A DNA stretch of 64,000 bases from Spirochaetota bacterium (lineage in GTDB: Bacteria > Spirochaetota > UBA4802 > UBA5550). A program made the translations under genes and the position numbers. Of the stretch, positions 8,933 to 18,294 are shown in pieces (the first letter of the stretch is position 1; every line of letters starts with the position of its first letter). The notes beneath the pieces were generated by a model that made no database searches, had not been told where the DNA came from, and was given only the letters and a program-made list of their open reading frames with translations. The stretch spans positions 608,001-672,000 of the forward strand of contig OY760686.1 of NCBI GenBank assembly GCA_963663865.1, given 5' to 3'.

Positions 8933-10069
8933 TCAGGAAGCTCTGGATATAGGGAAGTCCTTTCTGTATTTTGCGAAAAGATAAATAATGACGAGGGCGC
9001 TGATGAAAAGCACCCCGGCTGCTCCCGGAAGAACGTACTCGGCGCGGCCCGTAAAGCAGACCGCCATAAAAATTATGGAAAACATCTCTTTCTTTACGAC
9101 ATATTTCATGGTTTTTGAAAAAACTACAAACGGGTCTTTTACCGGAAGCTTTTGAAGGAAGTACGTGTCAAATGCCACCAGAGAGCCGGAGTCGGTTCTT
9201 GTCCTGATAAACCGGACCATAATTCCTACGAAAACGGCAAGTGAAGCGAACATGACAGCTATTGATAAGGTTGAAACTATTCCTCCCATTCTGACCATAT
9301 TGAGATACGACGCTGCAATCAGAAACAGCAAAAGAGTCAGGTTGTCTCCAAGCGTATCAAGCCACCCGCCGAGAACTGAAAACTTAAAAGAGTATTTAGC
9401 AACCTCGCCGTCAACGCCGTCAAAAACTGAAGCGGCCTGAAACAGCAATCCGCTAACTATCATAAAAAACCATGCGTCGCGTGAGGACTCGGGACTGTTG
9501 GCTGACATTATCAAAAACGCTGAACTTGCCACGCCGACCGCGATATTGATGACCGTCAAATAGTTTGGATGAATTCTTGTTTTAACAACAAGGCGGCTTA
9601 TGGGTATAGAGATACGCTTATTGATTTTTTTTGAAATAAAGCCGCCAGTGTTCGCGATTATTGTTTTAATGACCATTTTTACGGCGGTCTTGATGTCATT
9701 CCTGCTGTTTATACAAAGGCTGTTTGTTGAATCAGAAGAGACCCAGCCTTTTCCGCTCCTGCTAAAATATCGTTCGAAATCGTTGAAATAATGCAGCTGA
9801 AGGAAGTGGTTTGAATCAAGAAGCAATGAGTCCTCAGTTGATTTTTCTATGTCACTGGATAATTCGATCAGGTCAGCCGGGACATGGCGGCTTATCTTAC
9901 TCTCATAAAACGACCTTTCTTCGTCGTTAAGCGCTAAAATGATTTTTTTAAAACCTGCTTTGAAGAGGACCATTATGTTGCGTTCCAGAACATAGAGTCC
10001 TGTAATTTTTGATCTATAGGGATATGGGGTGGATGGGCTTTGAATGACTGCAGATGCTGGGATTGACAT
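8933..10069 (-). CDS. CDP-alcohol phosphatidyltransferase family protein with soluble N-terminal domain
   Basis: HPNYLT, DGVDGEVAK...GGWLDTLGD signature, multiple TM segments. Confidence 0.88.
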   Translation of the reverse strand: MSIPASAVIQSPSTPYPYRSKITGLYVLERNIMVLFKAGFKKIILALNDEERSFYESKISRHVPADLIELSSDIEKSTEDSLLLDSNHFLQLHYFNDFERYFSRSGKGWVSSDSTNSLCINSRNDIKTAVKMVIKTIIANTGGFISKKINKRISIPISRLVVKTRIHPNYLTVINIAVGVASSAFLIMSANSPESSRDAWFFMIVSGLLFQAASVFDGVDGEVAKYSFKFSVLGGWLDTLGDNLTLLLFLIAASYLNMVRMGGIVSTLSIAVMFASLAVFVGIMVRFIRTRTDSGSLVAFDTYFLQKLPVKDPFVVFSKTMKYVVKKEMFSIIFMAVCFTGRAEYVLPGAAGVLFISALVIIYLFAKYRKDFPISRAS

Positions 10070-10279
10070 TAACTTTGTTCTCCGGAAAATAATATTAAAC
10101 AGATAATCTCCTTAATAAACAGACAGGCAGTTATAAGCGCAAGTATTATTTAAACAGGGCAATATATCCATACGGCATTTATATGTAAACACAGGATAAT
10201 GTCTATGGTAAAGTGTGGCAAGTTCAGGCATTAAAAAAAGTGAAACCCGCTTGACAGCCGTCATTTTTATGAAAATCTG

Positions 10280-11572
10280 ATGGATAAGAATCCGGAGGAA
10301 AAGATGGACATCAATATTACTGAACAGCTTAACAGCGTATTGAGAATGGCGGGTCTGTCCGCGGATTACCTTACATCGGCGGTATCGGTCATATTCTTTT
10401 CAGCCGTGCTGATAGTGGCATGGGCATCTTACTTTGTCCTTAGCAGGATAGTGCTTCACTGCATGAGAAAGGTCACAAAGAAGACCAATTCCTCATGGGA
10501 TGATATCCTCTTCAATCAGACTGTGTTCAGAAGGCTTTCACACCTTTTTCCGGCGGTAATAATATACTTCGGAGCGCCGCTGGCTCTTCCTGGCTATGAG
10601 TCGGCTGTATCTGTGATTCAGCGAGCGGCCTACCTCTACATGTGCGCGGCCGGCATTTTAATGATCGACGCTGTTATAAATGCCTTTCATGAGATATTCA
10701 CGACACTTCCTGCCGCGAAGAACCGGTCAATTAAGGGCTATGTCCAGGTAGTTAAAATATTCATCTACATAATAGGCGCGGGTCTTTTCTTTTCGATACT
10801 CCTGAACAGGGATTTCAGCACTTTCTTCGCCGGATTGGGAGCCATGGCCGCTGTGTTAATGCTGGTATTTAAGGACTCAATTTTGGGGCTTGTGGCCGGC
10901 GTTCAGCTTTCGGCTAACAACATGGTTCAGCTTGGCGACTGGATATCCATGCCGAGCCGGGGCGCCGACGGTGATGTCATAGACATCTCGCTCAACACCG
11001 TGAAGGTCAACAACTGGGACAAGACCATCAGTACTATACCGACTTACGCGCTTGTGTCCGAATCGTTCACAAACTGGCGGGGCATGCAGGAGTCTGGAGG
11101 TAGAAGGATAATGCGCTCTGTCAGCATTGACATGAAGAGCATACACTTCCTGAGCAGGGAGGAGATCGACAGGTTCAAAAAGATACATGTCCTCCGTGAG
11201 TACCTTGAGACAAGAGAAAGGGAGATTGAGCAGTATAACAGGGAAAACTCCGCTGATGAAACAATGCCGGTAAATGGAAGAAGACTTACCAATATCGGCA
11301 CCTTCAGGCGCTACCTTGTTGAATATCTCAGAAGACATCCCATGATTCATCAGGATATGACCTTCCTTGTCAGGCAGCTTGACCCGACAGATAAGGGCCT
11401 GCCGGTTCAGGTCTATGTTTTTTGCAAGGACCAGCGCTGGGTCGAGTATGAGGGAATACAGTCCGATATCTTTGACCACATACTGGCTGTCATACCCCAG
11501 TTCGCCCTTCGCGTCTATCAGAGCCCTTCCGGAGACGACATCGCTTCACTGGCCGACAGGCTGAAGCAGTAA
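10280..11572 (+). CDS. MscS-family mechanosensitive channel (YbdG-like)
   Basis: GDWI..P...ADGDV, NWDKTI, NWRGM..SGGRRI, EGIQSDIFDH. Confidence 0.93.
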   Translation: MDKNPEEKMDINITEQLNSVLRMAGLSADYLTSAVSVIFFSAVLIVAWASYFVLSRIVLHCMRKVTKKTNSSWDDILFNQTVFRRLSHLFPAVIIYFGAPLALPGYESAVSVIQRAAYLYMCAAGILMIDAVINAFHEIFTTLPAAKNRSIKGYVQVVKIFIYIIGAGLFFSILLNRDFSTFFAGLGAMAAVLMLVFKDSILGLVAGVQLSANNMVQLGDWISMPSRGADGDVIDISLNTVKVNNWDKTISTIPTYALVSESFTNWRGMQESGGRRIMRSVSIDMKSIHFLSREEIDRFKKIHVLREYLETREREIEQYNRENSADETMPVNGRRLTNIGTFRRYLVEYLRRHPMIHQDMTFLVRQLDPTDKGLPVQVYVFCKDQRWVEYEGIQSDIFDHILAVIPQFALRVYQSPSGDDIASLADRLKQ

Positions 11573-11645
11573 TAGAGATATCCCCCCTCTCTAAAGGGGG
11601 ATTTCCCGCTTTACAAATAGAACGGCGTTTCGCTTACATAGCGCA

Positions 11646-14399
11646 ATGAATTCAATTGAAAGCATTAATACTACAACAGCCGCAAGGTTCTTTTGCGGCG
11701 GCGGCGCGGCTCTCAGATCGGCAGAGTCGGTGCTTCAGGACTGTTCCATCGCCCGAATAGCCACGGCGTACTTTGAGCCCTCGGGATGGAAATGCCTGCG
11801 GAATATTCTGAGCGGCAAAGAGGTCAGGCTGCTCATCGGCAGGCCCGATACGGCAGAGGACAGGGTCGCGGCAGTAATAGAGGACTTCTTCAGTTCTCTG
11901 AACTCCGGAAGCTTCGAAGACAGGATAAGCGTTATGGAGGAACTCCGCGGCGCAATAGCCGAAGGACGCTTTCTGGTCGGAGTTTCAGGAGAGGAGACTG
12001 GTTCAACAGTCCTCACTCCGAAGTACCTGTATCACCACGCCAAGCTGTACATAGGCGACCTCAAAAAGGCACTGATAACATCGGCGAACTTCACATGGAG
12101 CGGACTCATCGGCAGCCGGGAGGCCGGCATTGTCAGCGAAAATCCGGAGGATGTGGCCTACTTTGCCGAAAGGTTTGACTTCTATTTCAGCAGGGCTGTA
12201 CCTCTGGCGGAATTGCTTCTGGAAAGGCTTGATGAGTGGCTCAGAACATATTCCCCTTTTGAAATATACATGCTTTCTCTGATATCACTTTACGGACTTC
12301 CTTCGGACGAGAAGCCAGGCAGGCTGCCCCCGCTGGCGGGATACCAGCGGCCTGTGGTGTCAAGGCTGATAAGAAACATAGAGGATTTCGGCGGCACCAT
12401 GCTTGTCGCTTCGACAGGGCTTGGTAAAACAATAATGGCCGCTCATGTAGTAGCCAATCTCAGAAGCCGCGGGCTTGTCGATTCTGCCATTGTGCTTTGT
12501 CCCTCCGGACTCAAGGCTATGTGGCAGCGAACTATGAGGGCGTCAAGGGTTTCGAGCATTGAGTTTTCTTACTATGTTATGTCGGTGGAAGACTGGAGGC
12601 GGGTCAGGGATGTTGCCGTTCTTGAGAGGGAGATCAGACACGCTGATTCAAACACCATCATAATACTGGATGAAAGCCACCATCTCAGAAACGCTGAGAA
12701 TGCCGGGGAGATAAGGCTCAGGCATGAGCGCATACTGAGCATGGTGGGGCAGAAGGCCAGGGTGCTTTTAATGACTGCGACACCGTACAGCAAAAGTGTT
12801 GAGGATATCAACTCGCAATTGAGACTGCTTCCGCTGCATGACGGTGGACAGTCACTGTTCGGAGGGCAGAGTCATGACCACTGGCGGGTACAGAATCCGC
12901 AGGAGCTCTCAGAGCTGAAATGCGGAGTTGTTCTTACAGCACCGAGCGTGGTCAGGCATTTCAGCTCGCGTGATGAAAACGGCAACAGGTATGTTGTCTT
13001 CAATTCCGACGAGAAGCGATATTTTCCGGGCAGGATAAACATAAGCAATATCGAATACCATAACCCGGTAGATGAATATCTTTCCCGGATGCTCAGCGAG
13101 AGGCTTCTTTATGTCAGAGACGATTCGGATGAGAGTTCTTTCTCACTCTTCGGCGATTTTGAGAAGGGCATCAGAAGGCCTCTTTTTGAGGCGCATCTGG
13201 TGCACCGTCTCTGCTCATCACTGGGCGAGGCTGAGGTCGTCCTTGAAAAGATGTGCGATGTGAACGGATTTGAGAAGATGAGGTTTGAGAGGTGCGACGA
13301 GCTGAAAGGACTTGCCTTCGAGGCAAGGAGGCACATTCAGAGATCAGCTTCTGAAGTCTCCGGCGGCCCCGGCGATGAGAAGATCCGGGCGGTGATTGAT
13401 ATACTCAAGAAGTATGAAGACGAGAAGGCGGTTATATTCTGTGTCTACAAGGCGACTGCCGATTATATAGTAAGCCAGATTGAGAGATACATGCCCGGAA
13501 CCGGGATCAAGTCGACTGTCAACCGAAACGCTGATGAGCTTGAACAGATAATCCAGGAGTTCGCTCCGGTGGCGAACAGCATTGATCTCGGCGACAGTGA
13601 CGAGCCGGACCCTCAGACAGAAGCAGGCGGAATAAGGGTACTTGTGGCCACAACGGCCATGTCAGAGGGCTTCAACTTTCAGGATGCCTCAATCATGATA
13701 AACTTTGACCTGCCATGGACCGTCCTCGTGCTTGCCCAGAGGATGGGGCGCATCCTGAGGCCGTGGAAGAGCCCGCGCGATATCAATATATTCACGCTTA
13801 TCCCTTCAACAATGAGCAGTCCTTCAATCAGCCACGCGCTTAACTGGAACAGGAGACTGCATCAGCGCAACAGGGATTTCAGCTCATTCGCGGATATTCC
13901 TGTCATCGTGGAGAGAAGCGACGAGTTTGAGATGTTTGATCTCGCGAGGACAATGAAGCAGTTTGACCGGGTGGAGCTGAATCTTGATGAGGTCTACAGC
14001 TTCATAGAGAAGGCGGACGGGCTGCACACAAGCGGATTCCTCGACGACCTGGCTTCACTCAGCGACGATGATTTCAGGGAGTTAAGACGCCTTCCGGACG
14101 GGGTGCGCAGCTTCAAGGAAAAGAGTCTTGAATCGGAGTTTCTCTACATGCTTATAAGGTTCAGAAACGCTAACTATCCGGCCCTGTTTGATGATAGCGG
14201 CAAATTGATAGTAGACCATGACAGAATTGACGATATTATGGGAATGATACGGTCATCCAGGGATGAAGCATGCTCTCTGACAATACCCGATGTCGACAGA
14301 CTCGACAGCTGGCATGACAGGGCCATCCAGAACTGGGCCCTCGCCAAGGATGTAAGTCCTGAAGAGATTGCCGTAAGGTGCCTGATGGTGCTGAAATAA
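11646..14399 (+). CDS. PLD-like nuclease fused to SF2 (SNF2-like) helicase
   Basis: HAKLYIGD..ITSANFT..G...E; STGLGKT, DESHH, TATP, SEGFNFQ, QRMGRI.R. Confidence 0.85.
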   Translation: MNSIESINTTTAARFFCGGGAALRSAESVLQDCSIARIATAYFEPSGWKCLRNILSGKEVRLLIGRPDTAEDRVAAVIEDFFSSLNSGSFEDRISVMEELRGAIAEGRFLVGVSGEETGSTVLTPKYLYHHAKLYIGDLKKALITSANFTWSGLIGSREAGIVSENPEDVAYFAERFDFYFSRAVPLAELLLERLDEWLRTYSPFEIYMLSLISLYGLPSDEKPGRLPPLAGYQRPVVSRLIRNIEDFGGTMLVASTGLGKTIMAAHVVANLRSRGLVDSAIVLCPSGLKAMWQRTMRASRVSSIEFSYYVMSVEDWRRVRDVAVLEREIRHADSNTIIILDESHHLRNAENAGEIRLRHERILSMVGQKARVLLMTATPYSKSVEDINSQLRLLPLHDGGQSLFGGQSHDHWRVQNPQELSELKCGVVLTAPSVVRHFSSRDENGNRYVVFNSDEKRYFPGRINISNIEYHNPVDEYLSRMLSERLLYVRDDSDESSFSLFGDFEKGIRRPLFEAHLVHRLCSSLGEAEVVLEKMCDVNGFEKMRFERCDELKGLAFEARRHIQRSASEVSGGPGDEKIRAVIDILKKYEDEKAVIFCVYKATADYIVSQIERYMPGTGIKSTVNRNADELEQIIQEFAPVANSIDLGDSDEPDPQTEAGGIRVLVATTAMSEGFNFQDASIMINFDLPWTVLVLAQRMGRILRPWKSPRDINIFTLIPSTMSSPSISHALNWNRRLHQRNRDFSSFADIPVIVERSDEFEMFDLARTMKQFDRVELNLDEVYSFIEKADGLHTSGFLDDLASLSDDDFRELRRLPDGVRSFKEKSLESEFLYMLIRFRNANYPALFDDSGKLIVDHDRIDDIMGMIRSSRDEACSLTIPDVDRLDSWHDRAIQNWALAKDVSPEEIAVRCLMVLK

Positions 14400-14411
14400 A
14401 AGGAGGACACA

Positions 14412-14735
14412 ATGGCTTCAAGTGAAGACTTTGTAACCTATATCGCGGGACAGATAGAGGATGCCGGCGTAATATCATGGAGAAAGATGTTCGGGGAATA
14501 CGCTATTTACGCTGACGGCAAGGTCGTTGCCCTGATCTGCGACAACATGCTTTTCGTGAAACCAACCGAAGCAGGACGGGCCTTCATTGGCGATGTAACC
14601 GAGGCCCCGCCCTATCCAAAGGCTAAAAACTCGTTTCTCATAGAGGACGGGATAGACGACAGGGAATGGCTGTCCGAGCTTGTCAGGCTCACGGCCTCGG
14701 AACTGCCTGAGCCGAAGAAGAAAAAGGGGCGGTAG
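14412..14735 (+). CDS. TfoX/Sxy N-terminal domain protein
   Basis: RKMFGEYAIY..GK..ALICDN.LFVKPT, PPYP.AK. Confidence 0.9.
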   Translation: MASSEDFVTYIAGQIEDAGVISWRKMFGEYAIYADGKVVALICDNMLFVKPTEAGRAFIGDVTEAPPYPKAKNSFLIEDGIDDREWLSELVRLTASELPEPKKKKGR

Positions 14736-14803
14736 AGTGGTAGTGTTATCCCCCCGAATTTGGAATATAGAATTGAAAAAATGTGTAACAAACAATAAAA
14801 AGC

Positions 14804-14820
14804 TTTACCTTATGGGTTAA
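14804..14820 (+). promoter_or_regulatory. Imperfect palindrome upstream of higBA (candidate autoregulatory operator)
   Basis: TTTACC-N5-GGTTAA directly before TATAAT. Confidence 0.4.
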
Positions 14821-14840
14821 GTATAATAATTTATCATTAA

Positions 14841-15173
14841 ATGGACATTGCTTTTAAGACGAAAAAATTAGAGAAAACCTTTAACTCTTTTCGCGAACTG
14901 AATAAGTCTTTTGGTGAAAACAGTGACAAGATAAGGAAAAGAATGGCTGTTTTACGGGCAGCACCTTCACTCGGCGATGTGCCGCATGAAAAGCCAATCA
15001 GAAGACATGAGTTAACCGGGAATAGGGCAGCTGAATTTGCTGTTGATTTGAATCACCCGTTTAGACTGGTGTTTGTACCAAATAATGATCCAATACCCTA
15101 TAAAAAAGACGGAGGCATCGACCTGTTCAATGTAACATCTATTTGTATAACAGGAGTGGAGGACTATCACTGA
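14841..15173 (+). CDS. higB: HigB/RelE-like toxin
   Basis: HELTGNR...FAVDL.HP.RLVF.P, C-terminal EDYH; toxin-first order. Confidence 0.85.
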   Translation: MDIAFKTKKLEKTFNSFRELNKSFGENSDKIRKRMAVLRAAPSLGDVPHEKPIRRHELTGNRAAEFAVDLNHPFRLVFVPNNDPIPYKKDGGIDLFNVTSICITGVEDYH

Positions 15174-16255
15174 TGATAACTAATACAAACACATATAATC
15201 CCGATTACGCGGTTCATCCGGGTGAAATACTTGAGGAAACTCTGGCTGCAAGAGATATTAAAAAAAACGATCTTGCGGAAAGATGCGGTCTGTCAGCAAA
15301 AACGATCAGCCAGATTCTCAATAAAAAGGCCCCATTAACCGCTGATACGGCTGTACAGCTTGAGCGAGTATTGGGAATTTCTGCTGATATATGGAATAAT
15401 CTTGACGCTCAATATCGTCTTTTTGAAGCAAAAACAAAGGAAAAAGAGAGAAATGAAGAATATGTGCAATGGGCAAAAGATTTCCCAATAAAGTCTCTGC
15501 AAAAGATGGGTATCATACCTCCAGGGAATGATACTTCACATGTTATAGAAAGCCTGCTTTGCTTTTTCGGTGTAAATACGCCCAAATCGTGGGAGAAGGT
15601 GTACGGGAAGATATATGCTGCATACAGAAAATCTGAAAGGTTTACAGCTTCAGATAAATCAATCATTTCATGGCTTAGAATTGGTATTAAGCATGCTGAA
15701 AGTATAGATACTGAAAAATATGATAGTGAAGTATTTATCAGGAATTTAAAAAGAATTCGAGAGTTGACAATGCAGAAACCTTCAGAATTTGAGCATAAGA
15801 TGAAAGAGTTATGCAGGGAATCAGGAGTCGTTCTGGTTTTTGTCCCAGAACTTCCACGGATGCATCTTTGTGGTGCAACAAAATGGCTGTCCAAAGGGAA
15901 GGCATTGATAATGCTAACTTTTCGATATAAAAGCAATGATCAGTTCTGGTTTACATTTTTTCACGAAGCAGCCCATATATTGTTACATGGGAAGAAAGAA
16001 AATTATATTGATCAAAAGGATACGACACAAAATAAAGAGGAAGATGAAGCTAATAAATTTGCCAGAGACTTCCTGGTGCCGCCTGCAAGATACAAGGATT
16101 TCGTAAAAGACAGCGGAAAAATCCTTCAAAGTGATATTATCAAATTGGCTGCTGAAATAAATATTGATCCAGGGATCATTGTTGGACGCTTACAGCATGA
16201 TAAGCTATTACCTTATAGTTATTTTAATAACCTTAAAATAAAATATTCTCTGTGA
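15173..16255 (+). CDS. higA: HigA antitoxin (HTH) fused to ImmA/IrrE-type metallopeptidase
   Basis: AVHPGEILEE HTH; FWFTFFHEAAH (HExxH), E.EANKFA; TGATG coupling at 15171-15175. Confidence 0.88.
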   Translation: MITNTNTYNPDYAVHPGEILEETLAARDIKKNDLAERCGLSAKTISQILNKKAPLTADTAVQLERVLGISADIWNNLDAQYRLFEAKTKEKERNEEYVQWAKDFPIKSLQKMGIIPPGNDTSHVIESLLCFFGVNTPKSWEKVYGKIYAAYRKSERFTASDKSIISWLRIGIKHAESIDTEKYDSEVFIRNLKRIRELTMQKPSEFEHKMKELCRESGVVLVFVPELPRMHLCGATKWLSKGKALIMLTFRYKSNDQFWFTFFHEAAHILLHGKKENYIDQKDTTQNKEEDEANKFARDFLVPPARYKDFVKDSGKILQSDIIKLAAEINIDPGIIVGRLQHDKLLPYSYFNNLKIKYSL

Positions 16256-16428
16256 TTTTATAATAATTTATTATGCCTGTTCCATTCCGTCGTTGAATTC
16301 AGACCGGGCGATGTCTTAACACCCCCTTTTATCTTGACTCATAAATCCTCTGATAAAAAATGACCATGTGTTGATGTCTGAGCGCCATGCGCTGCCGGGC
16401 AGTATTTATCATACGAGGAAAGTGAAGA

Positions 16429-17553
16429 ATGAGAAATATAATATTTAAATTAAACATATTGTTGGCTATCGCTGTTTTTTCGCTAATGGCCTGCGATAGT
16501 TCTTCCGGGGGAAATGCCGGAGCCGATCTACCGGGTGATGAGACCCCCGTTGAAGAAACACCTTCAGATGAAACACCGACAGACGAAGAGCCTTCAGAAG
16601 AAGAACCGGACGAAGACACAAGACTTTTTGCGGATCCGGTGCTTGAAGCTGCCGTGAGAAGGACAATCCATAAACCTGAAGGGGAGTTAACGCTGGACGA
16701 CTGCAGAGGCGTGGATGCGCTCAGTATTAATAATTCTGAGTTGAGTGACCTTTCTGGTATAGAGAAGCTGACATCGATGATGTCGCTGTATATTACGAAT
16801 TCAGAGATTAACGATATCTCAGGGCTCTCCGGGTTAACGAATCTTTCTGTTCTGGGGCTTTCTGGAAACAGGATTGCCGATATCTCGCCACTTGAGGGGC
16901 TGATAATGCTGCAGAACCTTGATCTTGAAGACAATCAAATTTGTGACATCGCTCCTCTTCGTAATCTGACTGAACTTCGGCAGCTCAAGCTGAACAACAA
17001 TCTCATCGGGAATATCACTCCGCTTAAAAAGCTGAATAAAATACTGAAGCTGGATCTTTCAGATAATGTAATTCAGGATGTGGCGGTATTTGCCGGTTTG
17101 ACCGATATTAAGGCCGTGCGCCTGAGCAATAACAGCGTTAGTGATATGAGCCCAATTGCCTCTATGACCCAGCTGGAATCGATAAACCTGGCTTATAATC
17201 AGATTGAGAGTGTTCCATCATTGAGCGGGCTTGTAAATGTTACTTCGGTCGAGCTTAACGATAACAGTATTCAGGACATAAGCCAGTTGTCGTCGTTAAG
17301 TGGGCTCCGTTATCTGGATCTGGATAATAACAGCGTATCAGACTTATCACCTCTTTCGGGGATAGAGTACCTTCAGGTACTGCACATAAATAATAACGCG
17401 GTGGAAGACCTTGAGCCTCTGACAGCCTACTTCGGATTGCACAGCATCTACTATTACCTGGACGCCAGGAACAATCCTTTGAGCGAAGCGTCCAGGGATG
17501 TGCATTATCACACACTGCGAGACAGAGGGGTGAATGTAGATATCGATTCTTAA
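16429..17553 (+). CDS. Leucine-rich repeat (internalin-like) lipoprotein
   Basis: Lipobox LMAC, acidic Pro linker, FADPVLEAAVR cap, 22-aa repeats L..L.L..N.I.D.SPL. Confidence 0.9.
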   Translation: MRNIIFKLNILLAIAVFSLMACDSSSGGNAGADLPGDETPVEETPSDETPTDEEPSEEEPDEDTRLFADPVLEAAVRRTIHKPEGELTLDDCRGVDALSINNSELSDLSGIEKLTSMMSLYITNSEINDISGLSGLTNLSVLGLSGNRIADISPLEGLIMLQNLDLEDNQICDIAPLRNLTELRQLKLNNNLIGNITPLKKLNKILKLDLSDNVIQDVAVFAGLTDIKAVRLSNNSVSDMSPIASMTQLESINLAYNQIESVPSLSGLVNVTSVELNDNSIQDISQLSSLSGLRYLDLDNNSVSDLSPLSGIEYLQVLHINNNAVEDLEPLTAYFGLHSIYYYLDARNNPLSEASRDVHYHTLRDRGVNVDIDS

Positions 17554-17760
17554 TTTGTCGTATAACCGCTCCACTGAGGCAAAAATTCTTCTTGCAAATT
17601 CAAAAGAGCTGTTTTAACAAAGGGTATCCTGTTAAGGAAGCTGATTTTTTAGCCCGGGTGAGTCCGGGCATTTTTGGAGAGTGTTGATCGCAGAATAGTT
17701 TTCCGGTTATTGTTTTCACAGTTCCCTTAACAAAATTCTATGTTCAGGAAGGGGGATTTT

Positions 17761-18294
17761 ATGGCTGATGCTGTTGTGAAGAAGATGGATATTCCCGCGG
17801 CCGATTTGAAAAGGCTGGACGGGATTATTGATTCATGCGCCGGTAAAAACGGGGCCCTGCTCTCAATACTTGAGGAGGCCCAGAAGATTAGCCGGCACTC
17901 CTACCTTCCGGAGGATGTTCTCGAGTACATCTCAATGAAGACAGCGACACCGCTGTCCAGAATCTACAATGTCGTAACATTCTATTCGTTCTTTAACCTC
18001 AAGCCCCAGGGCGAACACGTTATAACCATCTGCCGCGGAACAGCCTGTCACACCAGAGGTTCCAGGTCTCTTCTCAACGATATAGCCTCACGATACGGCT
18101 GCGCTGATGAGCTTGAGGGCGGCGAGGCCTCATTCACCACGTCAGACAACAGAATTACAATACAGACAGTTGCATGCTTCGGCCAGTGCGCGCTCGCTCC
18201 GGTAATTGCAGTAGATGGAATCATATACAGCAACGTAACTGCAGCGAAGCTTCAGAAGCTTCTCAACTCCCTTGATAAGGGGGGTAAAAAGTGA
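17761..18294 (+). CDS. hydC: [FeFe]-hydrogenase gamma subunit (NuoE-like, 2Fe-2S)
   Basis: VVTFYSFF, CRGTAC, CFGQC.LAP. Confidence 0.9.
   Translation: MADAVVKKMDIPAADLKRLDGIIDSCAGKNGALLSILEEAQKISRHSYLPEDVLEYISMKTATPLSRIYNVVTFYSFFNLKPQGEHVITICRGTACHTRGSRSLLNDIASRYGCADELEGGEASFTTSDNRITIQTVACFGQCALAPVIAVDGIIYSNVTAAKLQKLLNSLDKGGKK

Noticed and set aside
17600-17735. Rex operator before the hydrogenase
   Set aside because: Only TTAACAA half-sites, no properly spaced palindrome.
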